This document shows positions 1 to 14,090 of a stretch of 64,000 bases of DNA, piece by piece. Numbering within the stretch: the first letter of the stretch is position 1; every line of letters begins with the position of its first letter. The notes beneath the pieces are model-generated. The model ran no database searches and was not told the origin of the DNA. It saw nothing but the letters and a program-made list of their open reading frames with translations. A program made the translations under genes and the position numbers. This stretch comes from Eledone cirrhosa (taxonomy: Eukaryota), in assembly GCA_964016885.1 (NCBI GenBank), contig OZ024751.1, positions 39,246,001 to 39,310,000 on the forward strand. The letters run 5' to 3'.

Positions 1-209
1 GCATTAATTTAAATGAATTCAAGTCGTTGATATGAAAAAATATAAACCAAATAAAAAAAAATTATAAACCAAATAAAAAAAATTATAAACCAAATATATA
101 AAAAGAAGTAAACTATTCAAAAACTGATGAGAAAAGATGTTGAAATCAAAGTGATTTATGAAAAGTCATCAAAATTTATTTCATGTCATTGAATTAGCGA
201 AGAAAAACT

Positions 210-296
210 GAAGAAGAAGAAGAAGAAGAAGAAGAAGAAGAAGAAGAAGAAGAAGAAGAAGAAGAAGAAGAAGAAGAAGAAGAAGAAGAAGAAGAA
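210..296. repeat. (GAA)n microsatellite
   Basis: Pure GAA run read directly from the sequence. Confidence 0.97.
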
Positions 297-837
297 ATGT
301 AATAATTATATTGAAAAACATTATAAAATATATTTTATGTATTTTATAATGTTTATGTATATATTTTTTTTCTGTATCCTCTCGGCTGGTATATATTTGC
401 TGTAAGATGACTTTTCATTATTTAAACAAAATAATAATAATAATCAAGAATAGAAGTATTAGAGAATATAAAAATATAGTAACAAGAAGAAATTTGAGTG
501 AGAAAAAAGAGATAATGGGAGCTATGGAGAGAGAGAAAGAAAGAGAGAGAGGAAAAGAGGCAAAGAGAAGAAAAAGGAAGTGAAAATGAGGGAAGAAGAG
601 AGATGAAGAGAGAGAGGGGGGGGAAGAAAGAAAGTTAGACAGGAAAAAGAGAGATAGCGAAGAAAGAGGAAAAGAGAATGAGAGATAAAAAAGAGATAAT
701 GAAAGCTATGGAGAGGGAGAAAGACAGACAGAGAGAGAGAGATATATATAGAGAGAGAGAAAGAGAGAGAGAGAGGAAAAGATAAAGAGAGAAGAAAGAC
801 GAAGAGAGAATGAGAGATAAAAAAAGAGAGAGATAGT

Positions 838-904
<67 letters not shown>

Positions 905-1489
905 AATGTGAAAGTGAAAGTAGGAAAAGTATTGATGTAAGATTGGGTTAGAAAAACAAAAGAAAGTTAGAGAAGCTACTTATTCTTGAGAGATATCATT
1001 GTTTGGTGAAGAACAATGGTGGAGAGATACATCTATCTGATCTAGGTAGTGGTGGCGGTGGTAGTGGTGGTGGTGGTAGTGTTAGTCGTGCTGGTGGTAG
1101 TGTTAGTCGTGCTGGTGGTATTGGCGGTCGTGTTGATGATGTTGATTGTAGTTTTGATGGTACCAATGGTGGTGATTGTGGTGGTGTTAGAGACGGTGCT
1201 CGTGGTTGGAATGGTAGCATTGATGGTAATTATTGTGGTGATGGTGATGGTGATGGTGTTGGTGGTAGCGGTGGCAGTGATGACTAAACAGAATTAATTG
1301 GCTTAAGTAATGTATCTTTGATATGTACTCATTCGTCCAGATGGAAGGAATCATCGGAGCTCTTAGTGATAGAATGTATTGAGCACTTTATGTCTGGTGG
1401 AGCTCATCAGTCGTCAGGTATCAATGTGGTCGATTTCTTTCAGAGTAGAAGAAAGATTGTGAGACAGTGGGGAGTGAGGAAACGATGTA

Positions 1490-1650
1490 GGGGAAGAATT
1501 GACCCCAATACTAAACTGGTACTTCCTTAGCGAGCTCGGGAGGATAAAATACAAACATAATAAGAAGGCTGGAAATTTGAACAAAGAGCGCAGATGCCCA
1601 GAACAAATAAGACAAAGTATTTTAATCAACCAGCTAACCGACTCTACAAT
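1490..1650 (-). mobile_element. Old, diverged copy of the main tRNA-derived SINE family
   Basis: GACCCCAATACTAAACTGGTACTT...GGATAAAA...GAAATTTGAACAAAG...ACCGACTCTAC aligns by eye to the reverse complement of the young copy at 13525. Confidence 0.6.
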
Positions 1651-2186
1651 TTTGTTGTGGGACTGACGAATTATAGAAGGGAGTAACCAAACGAATGAAA
1701 GCGGGAGGCGGGGTTGAAGAAGGTAGAAAAGATAGCGAAGGGGAGAGAATAGAGAGAGAGTTAGCAAGAGAGATAATGATTGATACATAGAGGGAGAAAC
1801 GGGTCCATATATATACATATGTACTTTAAAGTTCCTTAGAGATGTATATTACACCTTGTATTTAGTGTGTCTTGATATGAAAGTTAAATGTGAGACGTTT
1901 ATTTCTAAATCAAATATAGAAGTGTATTCATTTAGACTTTTTTTAGATTACGGATTTCCGTTAATAGACTGCGGCCAATCTGGGGCACAATCGCGAAATG
2001 ATTTTTAGACCATCGGTCATATTAATCATTAATTTAACCTTCAGAGATTGGTGAGAAGGGGGGAGGAATATATCTACTGTTTCTTCCCAGATATTTCTCG
2101 CCTCCTCAGTGAGTTGTATGCATTTATCTAATTGATATCTCTTTTTGGTTTTGGTTTTGTTTTTTTTGCAGTGAAAATGTGTCTTA

Positions 2187-2227
<41 letters not shown>

Positions 2228-2789
2228 CTTGCGTGTCTTGTGTGTGTGTGTTTTTTTAGAGACACGTTATAGTAGAATAAAAATATCTGATCTATGTGTA
2301 TATGTTGTTTAAAAACCACATCCGATTACATAATACATGTTTCTTTTTGAACAATGTTAGTGTAATTGTTATTCTATCACCATTAACACGTGAAAGGTCA
2401 ATTATCGTTAAAACACTTTCAAAGTTTAAGACCAGTTCAGAAATACGAAATTTTTTTATAAAAATATAAAAAGGCAAAATGGTGGACAGAGAGGAAGGGA
2501 GAAAGAAAGAAAAGAGAGCGAGAGATAGGGAGAAAGGGGAGGGATATAGGAGAAGTAACGCAATATTGTAAAGTCCCAGAACTCGGAAACCTACTGCAGT
2601 CTTTATTTTACACTTTCAGGTAATCAATGAAAAGGAATATATTTATGATTTCATTTTAATGTAATATTTACACTCAGGCGATCGATTCTGTGTATGTCTT
2701 CAGTAGGAAATAGAGTTGAATAGAAGGAAATCTTTTATAGTTGAAAAATTGAATGAGCATTTGATTTTATATATACATATTATTTTTTC

Positions 2790-2790
2790 G

Positions 2791-2830
<40 letters not shown>

Positions 2831-2987
2831 TACATTTGTTTCGTATATGTATACACATATATATACATCTTTTCGTATATATATATACATTTTTTTCATA
2901 TATATATATATATATATATATGTTTATATATATATATGTTTATATATATATACATATATATACATATATATACATATATATATATAC

Positions 2988-3022
<35 letters not shown>

Positions 3023-3072
3023 TACATATATATATACATATATATATGCATATATATATATATATATATACA
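2790..3072. repeat. Compound (TA)n/(TACA) microsatellite. Many similar tracts follow, e.g. 3410-4110, 4913-5620, 5896-6345, 10150-10550, 15920-16560, 29600-29800, 30580-31750, 33110-34030, 37030-39000, 40030-40650, 47100-49360, 58325-58900, 60770-61200.
   Basis: Dinucleotide TA runs with AC/GT interruptions; these give rise to all the YIYI ORFs. Confidence 0.95.
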
Positions 3073-3785
3073 TTTTTCGTTTTTTTTTGTTTTGTTTTTT
3101 TTTTCACTTTTTTCTATCTCGCTGAAATTTCAGTGAAATTTCCAAAACTTTAAACGTCATATATGGAATCTATTGATATAAAAATAAAGTAAAAATTGTA
3201 AAAAATAAGAATTAAAAAATAGATATATGGAGTATTTTAGGAGCGATATGAGCGATAATTATGGCCACTTATCAAATCGATAAAAAGAGAAAGCTGAAAA
3301 CTTTAAATAATAGTTATTTAGTTTTCATTGATTTTTACCTTTCAAAATGGCACTTAGTGCGGACATTTGAAAATAACACTTGAACAGTGTGTTTAATGTA
3401 TGTGGAACATTTATGTATATATATATATATATATATACATATAAAGGGTTTATATATATATATATACATATATAGGGTCTATATATATATATATATATAG
3501 GGTCTATATTTTTATATATATATATATATATGCATATATATTATATATGTATTACGTATATATGTGCGCATATATATGCATATATGTATGTATTTATGTG
3601 TGTGTCTGTGTATATATATGTATATATATATATATATGTATATATGTATATATGTATATATGTATGTGTATATGTATGTTATACATGCAAACTTATCTGT
3701 ACAATGCCGTATATAATTGCCTGTAACTATATTTCTGTTTATGTTTATATCATGTACGTGCGGGAGTATATAAGTACGTGGGTGG

Positions 3786-3822
<37 letters not shown>

Positions 3823-3983
3823 TACACATACATTTGTATATATATATATATGTGTGTGTCTATGTATGTAGGTACATATGGAGTGGATTGTGTAACGTAC
3901 TTTAAGTATATCTAATGCCTAAATTAAGTTGATATACAGTTACATACATACATACATTCATACATACATACATGTACATATTG

Positions 3984-4111
<128 letters not shown>

Positions 4112-4116
4112 GAGGT

Positions 4117-4190
4117 AGATGACATGTACAATTGTTGTATTACTCGTGAGAGTATTAGAATAATATTCCCCCTCATCAGCAGTCACATCT
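4117..4190 (-). ncRNA. Decayed PLE-type hammerhead ribozyme motif
   Basis: Minus strand: AGATGTGACTG-CTGATGA-GGGGGAA-TATTATTC..GAGTAATA (8-bp stem)-C-AACAATTGT-A-CATGTCATCT. CUGAUGA is intact, ACAATTGT is palindromic (helix III position) and the flanks are partly complementary, but GAAA is lost. Confidence 0.45.
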
Positions 4191-4384
4191 ATTTGTTTTG
4201 GCCATAGACTGCCCTATCTCGATATTACTGACGCTAAGAAACAATCATGAAGTGGCAAAGGGCCAAAGGTTTCGATACAGGCCACTGGACCAAATCAATT
4301 TATTAATCTAAATTGACCAACAACTTTTATTATAAAATCTACAGATTCAATCTGACACATTTTCCAAAATCCTACCAACATCAC

Positions 4385-4472
4385 TCATACACACACAGAC
4401 ACAGATAGAGAGAGAGAGAGACAGACACACACACAGAGACACACACATAGACATACACAAACACACACAGAC

Positions 4473-4511
<39 letters not shown>

Positions 4512-4835
4512 CACACATAGACATACACAAACACACACAGACACAGATAGTGAGAGGGAGAGAGCGAGAGAGAGAGAGAGGGAGAGAGAGAGAGAGAGAG
4601 ACAGACACACAAACAGAGACACACACAAACACAGAGAGAGCGAGAGAGACAGACAGACAGACACACACAGAGACACACACAAACGCACACAGACAGACAG
4701 ACACACCCACACACACACACAGACAGACACACACATAGAAAGAGACACAGACACACACACACACACACCGACACACACACCGACACACACACACACACAC
4801 ACAGACACATGCAACTACACAGACACATACTCACA
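4385..4835. repeat. Compound (AC)n/(AG)n microsatellite
   Basis: Direct inspection. Confidence 0.93.
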
Positions 4836-4911
4836 CAGTATCACATAAATTCATTATCACTAACTTTCTCACCGTCTCGCTCTCATACACACAATCTTTT
4901 GTGTGGGTATA

Positions 4912-5061
<150 letters not shown>

Positions 5062-5065
5062 TATG

Positions 5066-5164
<99 letters not shown>

Positions 5165-5267
5165 GTATATATATATTTATACATATATATATACATATAT
5201 GTACGTGTACCCACACACAAATATATATATATATATATATATACACTGATATATATATCTATATATC

Positions 5268-5300
<33 letters not shown>

Positions 5301-5439
5301 GCACACACATATTTATATATATATATATATACACGTATATATATATATTTATACATATATATATATATACATATATGTACGTATACCCACAGACAAATAT
5401 ATATGTATATATACACTGATATATATATATATATATACA

Positions 5440-5516
<77 letters not shown>

Positions 5517-5531
5517 GTATATATATATATT

Positions 5532-5571
<40 letters not shown>

Positions 5572-5584
5572 CGTATACCCACAC

Positions 5585-5624
<40 letters not shown>

Positions 5625-5860
5625 ATAAACATCCATAAATATATACGCATATAGGAGTTATGGCAGTGTCGTGTAGATATGATATTCATACGTGCCTACG
5701 TTCTCACGTCCATACGTCCAATGTTGCTATGTTGATGAGATGATGATGAGCGGAGCAACAGAGCTAGACAATATTTTGGAACAATTAACTCCTCACATAA
5801 CCATGTTTGATGACCTTTTCATAAACCGACCACCGTACACAATACTTTCTATCACATGCC

Positions 5861-5895
5861 CAGATGACTTCTAGTTTAATTGGAAGACCGAAACC
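5861..5895 (+). ncRNA. Decayed, truncated hammerhead-like motif
   Basis: CAGATGA (1 mismatch to CUGAUGA)-CTTCTAG/TTGGAAG stem-ACC-GAAACC, then cut off by (TA)n. Confidence 0.4.
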
Positions 5896-6015
<120 letters not shown>

Positions 6016-6016
6016 C

Positions 6017-6074
<58 letters not shown>

Positions 6075-6086
6075 ATATATATATGG

Positions 6087-6191
<105 letters not shown>

Positions 6192-6194
6192 ATT

Positions 6195-6243
<49 letters not shown>

Positions 6244-6516
6244 TGAGTGAAAATACATTTATAAGTGTATATATGTATATATATATATACACATGTATAT
6301 ATACACACACATGTATATAAACACATGTATATATATATATATATACTGTCAGTAGATTATAAAGGCCAAATGAAACATCACCAACAAAAGCAACGTAACA
6401 TATGTGGCGAGTTGATTGAGTGATTAGAAATTAAAATTTTCTATATTGTACATTTATTATGCATATACATATGTACACACGCACATGCATATATATGGGT
6501 GTATATATCTCAACCT

Positions 6517-6556
<40 letters not shown>

Positions 6557-6567
<11 letters not shown>

Positions 6568-6721
6568 ATGTATGTATGTGTGTAAAGTCAGATGAAAACG
6601 GAGAGGAAAAGATGGTTTGGAACACTTTTGATTATGTGAACCATAATCAAAAGTGTTCCAAACCATCTTTTCCTCTCCCTTTTCATCTGACTTTACACAC
6701 ATACATACATACACACACACA
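6557..6721. repeat. Fold-back inverted repeat: 80-bp arms, 5-nt loop
   Basis: 6557-6636 is the reverse complement of 6642-6721 with one mismatch (6599/6679); loop TGAAC. Confidence 0.95.
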
Positions 6722-6734
6722 TATATATATATAT

Positions 6735-7470
6735 CATAATTCAACCTGATCATAATTCAACTCAACTTGATTATGGTTCAACCCAACCTGATCATGGTTC
6801 AACTCAAACTGATCATGGCTTTACTCAAACTGATCATGGCTTTACCCAACCTGATCATGGTTCAATCCAACCTGATCATAATTCAACTCAATTTGATTAT
6901 GGTTCAACCCAACCTGATCATGGTTTAACCCAACCTGATCATGGTTTAACCCAACCTGATCATGGTTCAACTCAATTTGATTATGGTTCAACCCAACCTG
7001 ATCATGGTTTAACCCAACCTGATCATAATTCAACTCAATTTGATTATGGTTCAACCCAACCTGATCATGGTTTAACCCAACCTGATCATAATTCAACTCA
7101 ATTTGATTATGGTTCAACCCAACCTGATCATGGTTTAACCCAACCTGATCATGGTTCAACCCAACCTGATCATGGTTTAACCCAACCTGATCATGGTTTA
7201 ACCCAACCTGATCATGGTTTAACCCAACCTGATCATGGTTCAACTCAAACTAATCATGGCTTTACTCAAACTGATCATGGCTTTACTCAAACTGATCGTG
7301 GTTCAACCCAACCTGATTATGGTTTAACCCAACCTGATCATGGTTTATCCCAACTTGATCATGGTTTAACACATCCTGATCATGTATTGCCCCAACCCGA
7401 TCATAGATTACTCCAACTTGTTCATGGTTCAAATCAACTTGATCGTGGTTTAACTCAACTTGATCATAGT
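6735..7470. repeat. 21-bp minisatellite (CTGATCATGGTTTAACCCAAC and variants), about 35 units
   Basis: Tandem period 21 with three recurring variants; the minus strand translates to NHDQVGL repeats. Confidence 0.95.
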
Positions 7471-7596
7471 TGATAAGTAGCATAACGAGCAACAAAAATA
7501 CTAACAACAAAACCAACTAAACCAATAGCAACCATATCCAAACAGTTGGTTTATGTGCACTGTCTGAATAATTACAAAAAAGATTGGATAGTCAAG

Positions 7597-8283
7597 GCTG
7601 GAACGTTTTTTGATCATAGATCTTCGACTAATCTCGATCATGGATGACCTGGGGGTTAATCAAGAATAATAACTAAACCACTAACAACTGAAATCGATAA
7701 CAATAACAACAAAAATAACGAAGAAAACCCCCAACCTCTATGTAACTGATTCATATATTGTCTGAATTGAATGAAAGAAAATAAGCATGGTGGGACAGTC
7801 ACAGTTGGAACGCCTTTGATCAGAGATTAGCTCAGATTGATTGACCCGAATCTTCTTCATCATCATCGTATTCAACAACAACAACATCACCATCATCATT
7901 ACCATCATCATCATCAGCATCAATAACTACAATATAACAACAGCAACAATAACAATAGCAACTATAACAACAACAACACCAGTAACAACAACAATAGCAA
8001 TAGCAACTATAACAATAACAACATCAACTATAACAACAACAGTAACAACAGTAACAAAAAAACAATAACAACACTAACAACAACAGCAACTATAACAACA
8101 CTAACAACAACAACAACGACAACAACAACAGTAAGAGGAACAGCTTTTAAATGGCTGGCTTACAAGCACTGTCTGAGCAAAAGGAAAAAAAACGTATAAG
8201 AAATTAAATAGGATATTCACGGCTGGAACGCTTTTGATTATAGCTTTGATCGACTCAATCATGGCTGACCTGGGGTTAATCAA
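7597..8283 (+). mobile_element. Three short copies (about 7597-7665, 7805-7850, 8222-8283) of a dispersed retroposon 3' end followed by AAC/ATC-rich tails
   Basis: Shared GCTGGAACG(C/T)TTTTGAT(C/T)ATAG...ATCATGG(A/C)TGACCTGGGG(G)TTAATCAA; the middle copy is shorter and more diverged. Confidence 0.6.
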
Positions 8284-8944
8284 CAACAACAACAACAACA
8301 ACGATACCACTAATAATAAATACAACTACAACAACAACACTAATTATTACCAACAACAACAATAACAACAGCTATATTACCAACAACAACAACAACAATA
8401 ACAGCAACTATATTACCAACAACAACAACAACACTAATAATAACAACAACAATAAGAACAATAATATGAATAACAACAATGCGCTGTTAATAATAACAAT
8501 AACAACAACAATAACAACAGCTATATTACCAACAACAACAACAGCTATATTACCAACAACAACATCAATATCTAAAAGAACGCCAGAAATCTATTGATTT
8601 CTAAAAATACATAAATAAATAAATAAATAAAATCCCCCCCACCCCACCCCACATCGAATAATTGGTCGTTTGTTAATGTAACTGATAGCTTTACAGTGAT
8701 GATGCCTCCGTGTCTGTCATTGATTGGTGGTGGCGGTGGTGGTGGTGGTGCTGGTGGTGCTGGTGACGTTAGTGATGTTTGAGGTTGAGGTGGTGTTGGC
8801 GATGCTTGTTGTGGTTGTGTCGGTGGTAGTGGCAGTGGTTGTGGTGGAGGTGTTTGTGAGGGTGGTGGTGCTGGTTGTGCTGGTGCACTGAGACAGCATG
8901 TTGTTTAACTGATAGTCGTTGACTTACATCCATAGATTTACCAA

Positions 8945-9262
<318 letters not shown>

Positions 9263-9263
9263 C

Positions 9264-9387
<124 letters not shown>

Positions 9388-9495
9388 ATAGACACATATA
9401 TATAAATACATAGATACATATATTACTCACGGACATAACGAATCAAACTCACGATTGCGAATCCAATTCTCTCACCACACACCTTCACAAATATA

Positions 9496-9593
<98 letters not shown>

Positions 9594-10249
9594 GAGAGAG
9601 AAAGAGAGAAATATAGAGGGGTAGAGAGGGGGAGAGAGTTAAGTAGATATATAAATATATGTATAAATAAATATAAATATCGAACGCAAATTAAAAAGTG
9701 TACATTTCTTTATGTTTACCAAAAGTAGAAAAAAAAACTTCCAGTAATTTTCTGCATTATTCCTTTTTACAACCCTAATGTCTGCCCATAATTTGAAAAG
9801 TTTATATTATTACAAAATATAAAGAAATGGCGGAAAAATATTTCGTATTTCATTTTATTTTGTGTGTGTTTTTAACGTTCCCCAACGGACGTTTTCCGGC
9901 GTTTTTGACAAGCTAAAATAGAACAATGACTTCTGACAGCGTTCTTCTGATTTCATTCAAGTGAATCTTGTTTTAGTACACAACAAAGTATATAATACAC
10001 CTACTGTGATGTATTTCCTTAGAAAGTGAATGTCTTAGTCTTTTATGATTCTTGTTATTATTTACGATTTTAAATAAGTCGTTTCCTGTTGTATATTTCA
10101 CCCCACTGATGCAAATGTAGACAGTTAGAAATAAATAAAAACCTACACATATACATATATATATTATTTATTATTATTATTATATATATATATAGTATTT
10201 ATAATATATATAACTATATATAAATATATATATATGTATGTTATTTATA

Positions 10250-10423
<174 letters not shown>

Positions 10424-10460
10424 TTTATAATATATATAAATATATATATATGTATGTTAT

Positions 10461-10507
<47 letters not shown>

Positions 10508-10512
10508 ACACG

Positions 10513-10552
<40 letters not shown>

Positions 10553-10784
10553 GGTTCTTGCATTCTAAATATGGCGCGTGACACAAAGTATGCAATCAAC
10601 TGTGACTTAATAGTTGTTTAGAGATGCTAGCAAGGGAGAGAACTTTTAATGAAGGAGTTGATGCAAAATTATTAGTAATAGGTCAACGCAATGGGAGTGA
10701 ACACCGTTTAATGTCAACTTGGTGAAAGCGGCGGACTCTTTTTCTTTCGTTCGTATTATATTTCCTCAGTAGAGTAGAAAATAG

Positions 10785-10990
10785 ATAGAATCGTTAGAAT
10801 ATTGGGTAAAATGATTTAAAATATATATTTACGGTCCTTTAAGTTCTGGGTTCAATCTTGCTCTTGTCAATTTTGTCTTTCATCTATTTGGGGTTGATAA
10901 AATATAATACCAGTCACCTACTGCGATAGATATAATCAACTTTCCCCCTCCTCTAATTATAAGCCTTGTGTCTAAATTAAAAATCATAAT
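10785..10990 (+). mobile_element. Old SINE copy, main family
   Basis: GTTCTGGGTTCAATC...TTTCATCTATTTGGGGTTGATAAAATATAATACCAGTC...GCCTTGTGTCTAAATT. Confidence 0.75.
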
Positions 10991-11032
10991 ATCTCCTACG
11001 TAAAGCTTATTAAATTTAAGAATTTATTCATC

Positions 11033-11162
11033 TTTATTTATCGATATTGAAAGGAAGGAATTCAATGGTGACTTTGGTGTGATTTGAATTCAGAATCCAG
11101 ATAGCTGGATAAATACCACGAAGCATTTTATCCTTTGTGCTAAGTGTCCTAACAATTCGACC
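11033..11162 (-). mobile_element. Old SINE copy, main family
   Basis: TTTATCGATATTGAAAGGAAGGAA...GATTTGAATTCAGAA...AAATACCACGAAGCATTTT matches the reverse-complement consensus. Confidence 0.7.
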
Positions 11163-12369
11163 TTTTTTCTTTTGTTTAATTACATAACTGAAAATACACT
11201 TTAGATTCCAAGAAGTCTTTAAATGAAAGAAGGACAAAGAATAGCAGAGAAAGAATGAGAACGTTTCCATTTTTAGACAATCTAATATATTGAATTGAAA
11301 AACCAGCAGCAAACTGACTGCATCTTAAGATATCAGAATCTTCTTCTCTTCAAACAAAACTATCAAGAGGCCAGTTCTAATAAGCATCGATAAAGAACTC
11401 GCTGCTGCTACAAAGAAATAAATAATCTATCATGTTGCCTTAGACATTCTACACAGATACCATACTTATTTTAACAGAAACACTAACTTTTTCTTATTTT
11501 TCTCCTTAGTGGAAATGACCAGAAACGCCGAGAGCAAAACATAAACTTTTTCTCGATTCAGATAAGTTCCAAATTCCTAAAGCGGTTGGTTTTGATGTTT
11601 GCTGATAATTTAAACTATATGACCACAGTTCAACACAATCTTTGTATCAGCATTTTATTATTGGAAGCTTTTGTTTTCATTTTGCCCATTATATATACGT
11701 GGAGATAGGATAAGGTTGGCTGTCTTACAGCTTCACGTTTTAATTCTGTTTCATACAGACATATTACAATGCTAAAATAAAATTCAGAAAATTTATTACA
11801 AACTAAATAAAACATTACAAAAAAAAATGGAGTATGTTTATACACAATCTATGTTCAGTGTCATAGTGTTCGTTGTATATAATCATTTCTCAAATCAGTC
11901 ATTATTTTTGAAGGGCAGATTTATAACTGAATTCATTTCAGCCGTAACCAACATGCCTTCTTTTACATATAGAAAAGAGACTGGCCTATGTGCCATTCAT
12001 TTTCCAAGATGATTGTAAAATATATTTCTTAAAGGGAAGTTTGGTTACATTTTCAAGCAGATAGATAGACCATGTAAAGATTTTCCAATTGATTCGTGGC
12101 GTATTCAACAGTATTCAACGGTGAATGATAAAAATTTCTTCTAACCTGACAACAATAATTCTCCAAAGTATATACAATGGCAGACAATTGAAGGCAACTC
12201 TGAAAATCAACGAATGCTTCATCAGTTAAACTGTGGTCTGATTTATTAAAGCGGTAAACAGCACTCACTTTATGAGCCAACGGGGAAGACTCGAGGCTGG
12301 CTGCTAGAAATAGCAGCTAAATTCCCATTGTGTCTTAGCAAAGAACATATTAGATAATGATTTCTAATT

Positions 12370-12547
12370 TAGAGTGAAGGAGAAAGTCGATTATATTGAT
12401 TCCAGTGCTTGATTGGTAATTTATTGGCCTCGAGTGTATGAAAGGCAAAGTTGAATGCAGTGGAATTTGAACTCAGGATATAAAGAACCGGAACAAAAAT
12501 CGCAGCGCATTTTCTCTGACGCTCTACCGATTCTGCCAATCCACCAC
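12370..12547 (-). mobile_element. Old SINE copy, main family
   Basis: ATGAAAGGCAAAGTTGAA...GAATTTGAACTCAG...CTCTACCGATTCTGCCAATCCACC. Confidence 0.85.
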
Positions 12548-13524
12548 AGTAAAGACACGTTAGATAACGTAAGCTATTATACACAGTGTTTGTGGAGACC
12601 CTACCTGAGACTTCATCTGATTCAGCACCATCATTAAGTCCCTTGCTTCCTTTCTTGCCTTTCCTGTGTGTAGAATTATGATTTACTAGAATGGAGCAAT
12701 GTATAATTTAAAGAAATCTGGCTGCTATTTCCAGCAGGTTAAATATCTACATAGACGTTCCTTCATTGTCTCGTACAGGAAACTATTAGAGTGATAGGTG
12801 AGATTTTTTTTCGACTTTTCCCCCCGAAGAAAAATAATCTTGAATATAAAACAATATTTTCAGTAAAATAAAGTACAAATTAGAATATTTTTCTCTCTCT
12901 TTCCCTCTCTCCCAGTAAAAACAGTCAAGCATTTATCTGTAATATCAATATGAAAGCAGACAATCTCTTGCACGGACAGATAATAAAATAGAATAATTAT
13001 AACTATTATCGAGTAATAATAACTATTATCGTATAACAGTAAGTATTATTATGGTATTATCAGTTGGAAATTGCCAGAGAAATTTCTCACTCCTTTATCA
13101 ACTGCCAACATCAACTGGCTTCTCTGCCAACTTTTCGATAGAGTTTATCTCGTTTAAAATATATTTATACTAAACTCATAACTCGTAACACTCGTGTCGT
13201 CGTTACACTTCTAGTTTCTCCTCTAGTCAGCACTTTCAAGGTGAGCGATCAACTAGAAATTACAATGATCAAGACAAGATTGTTAGGTTGTTGCACGAAT
13301 TACAGTCAAATCATCCTTAACACACTAACCCACTAAACCAAGCAAATGAATTTACACATTCATTGGAGCGTCAGACAAAATGCCTTGCGGTTATTATTTT
13401 TCTCTTGCTCCTTGTATTCAGTGTTCAAATACTGCTGATGTTACCTATGCTTTTCATTTTTATAGCGTGTAGGTGTGAGTGGGTGGGCATTTGAATAGAA
13501 TAGCAGCATCGTTAGAATGTTAAA

Positions 13525-13715
13525 GGCGGTGGATTGGCAGTATCGGTAGAGAGTCGGACGCCATGCTTTGACTCACAGAGTTACGGCCCTTCCCATTCTG
13601 AGTTCAAATCCCGCCGAGGTTAACTTTGCCTTTCATCCTTACGGGGTCGATAAAATAAAGTACCAGTAATACACTGGTATAATTGCTGGCCTTGTGCCAA
13701 ACGTAGAAACAATTA
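13525..13715 (+). mobile_element. Young full-length tRNA-derived SINE with a 13-bp TSD, nested in an older SINE (about 13500-13840)
   Basis: A-box-like TGGCAGTATCGG and B-box GAGTTCAAATCC. TSD TTAGAATGTTAAA (13512-24) / TTAGACTGTTAAA (13716-28). The flanks join into an older SINE head and body. Confidence 0.92.
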
Positions 13716-13864
13716 TTAGACTGTTAAACAAATCGTATTGCAGGCAACTATTCGGTCTCTTTGCTTTCTAAATTCAAATGCTATCGGGGTTAAGTTTTTC
13801 CTTTCATCGTTCTAGGAATCGATGAAATCAAAGACCAGCCTAGAGAGAATGAAAGCCAAGGTGT

Positions 13865-14090
13865 CAAATTAGAAGAATCAGTGGAGCATCGAACGAAATT
13901 CTTTGCGTTATTTATTCCAGTTCCTCATATTCTGAGTTCAAAATACCACCAACGAATGTAATACAGATTCTGAGAGTTCAACAACCAAGGTATCGATTTA
14001 GTAGGATCAGTAGAGCGTCAGACAACAAGCATTGTGCATATTTATTCCAGCTCTCTATATTCTCAGTTCACAATGAGGATCGACTCCGCC
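13865..14090 (+). mobile_element. Two tandem diverged SINE head fragments (a third lies at about 13360-13465)
   Basis: GAGC(A/G)TC(G/A)..AA...TTTATTCCAG..CTC.TATTCT(G/C)AGTTCA motif repeated. Confidence 0.6.

Noticed and set aside
124-150. CTGATGA...GAAA
   Set aside because: No helix II or helix I pairing.
6842-7243. 133-aa NHDQVGL heptad-repeat ORF
   Set aside because: A by-product of the 21-bp minisatellite (TTG-type start); no unique domain or splice context.
13525-13625. tRNA gene
   Set aside because: A- and B-boxes are present but there is no cloverleaf, and it continues into a SINE body with a TSD.
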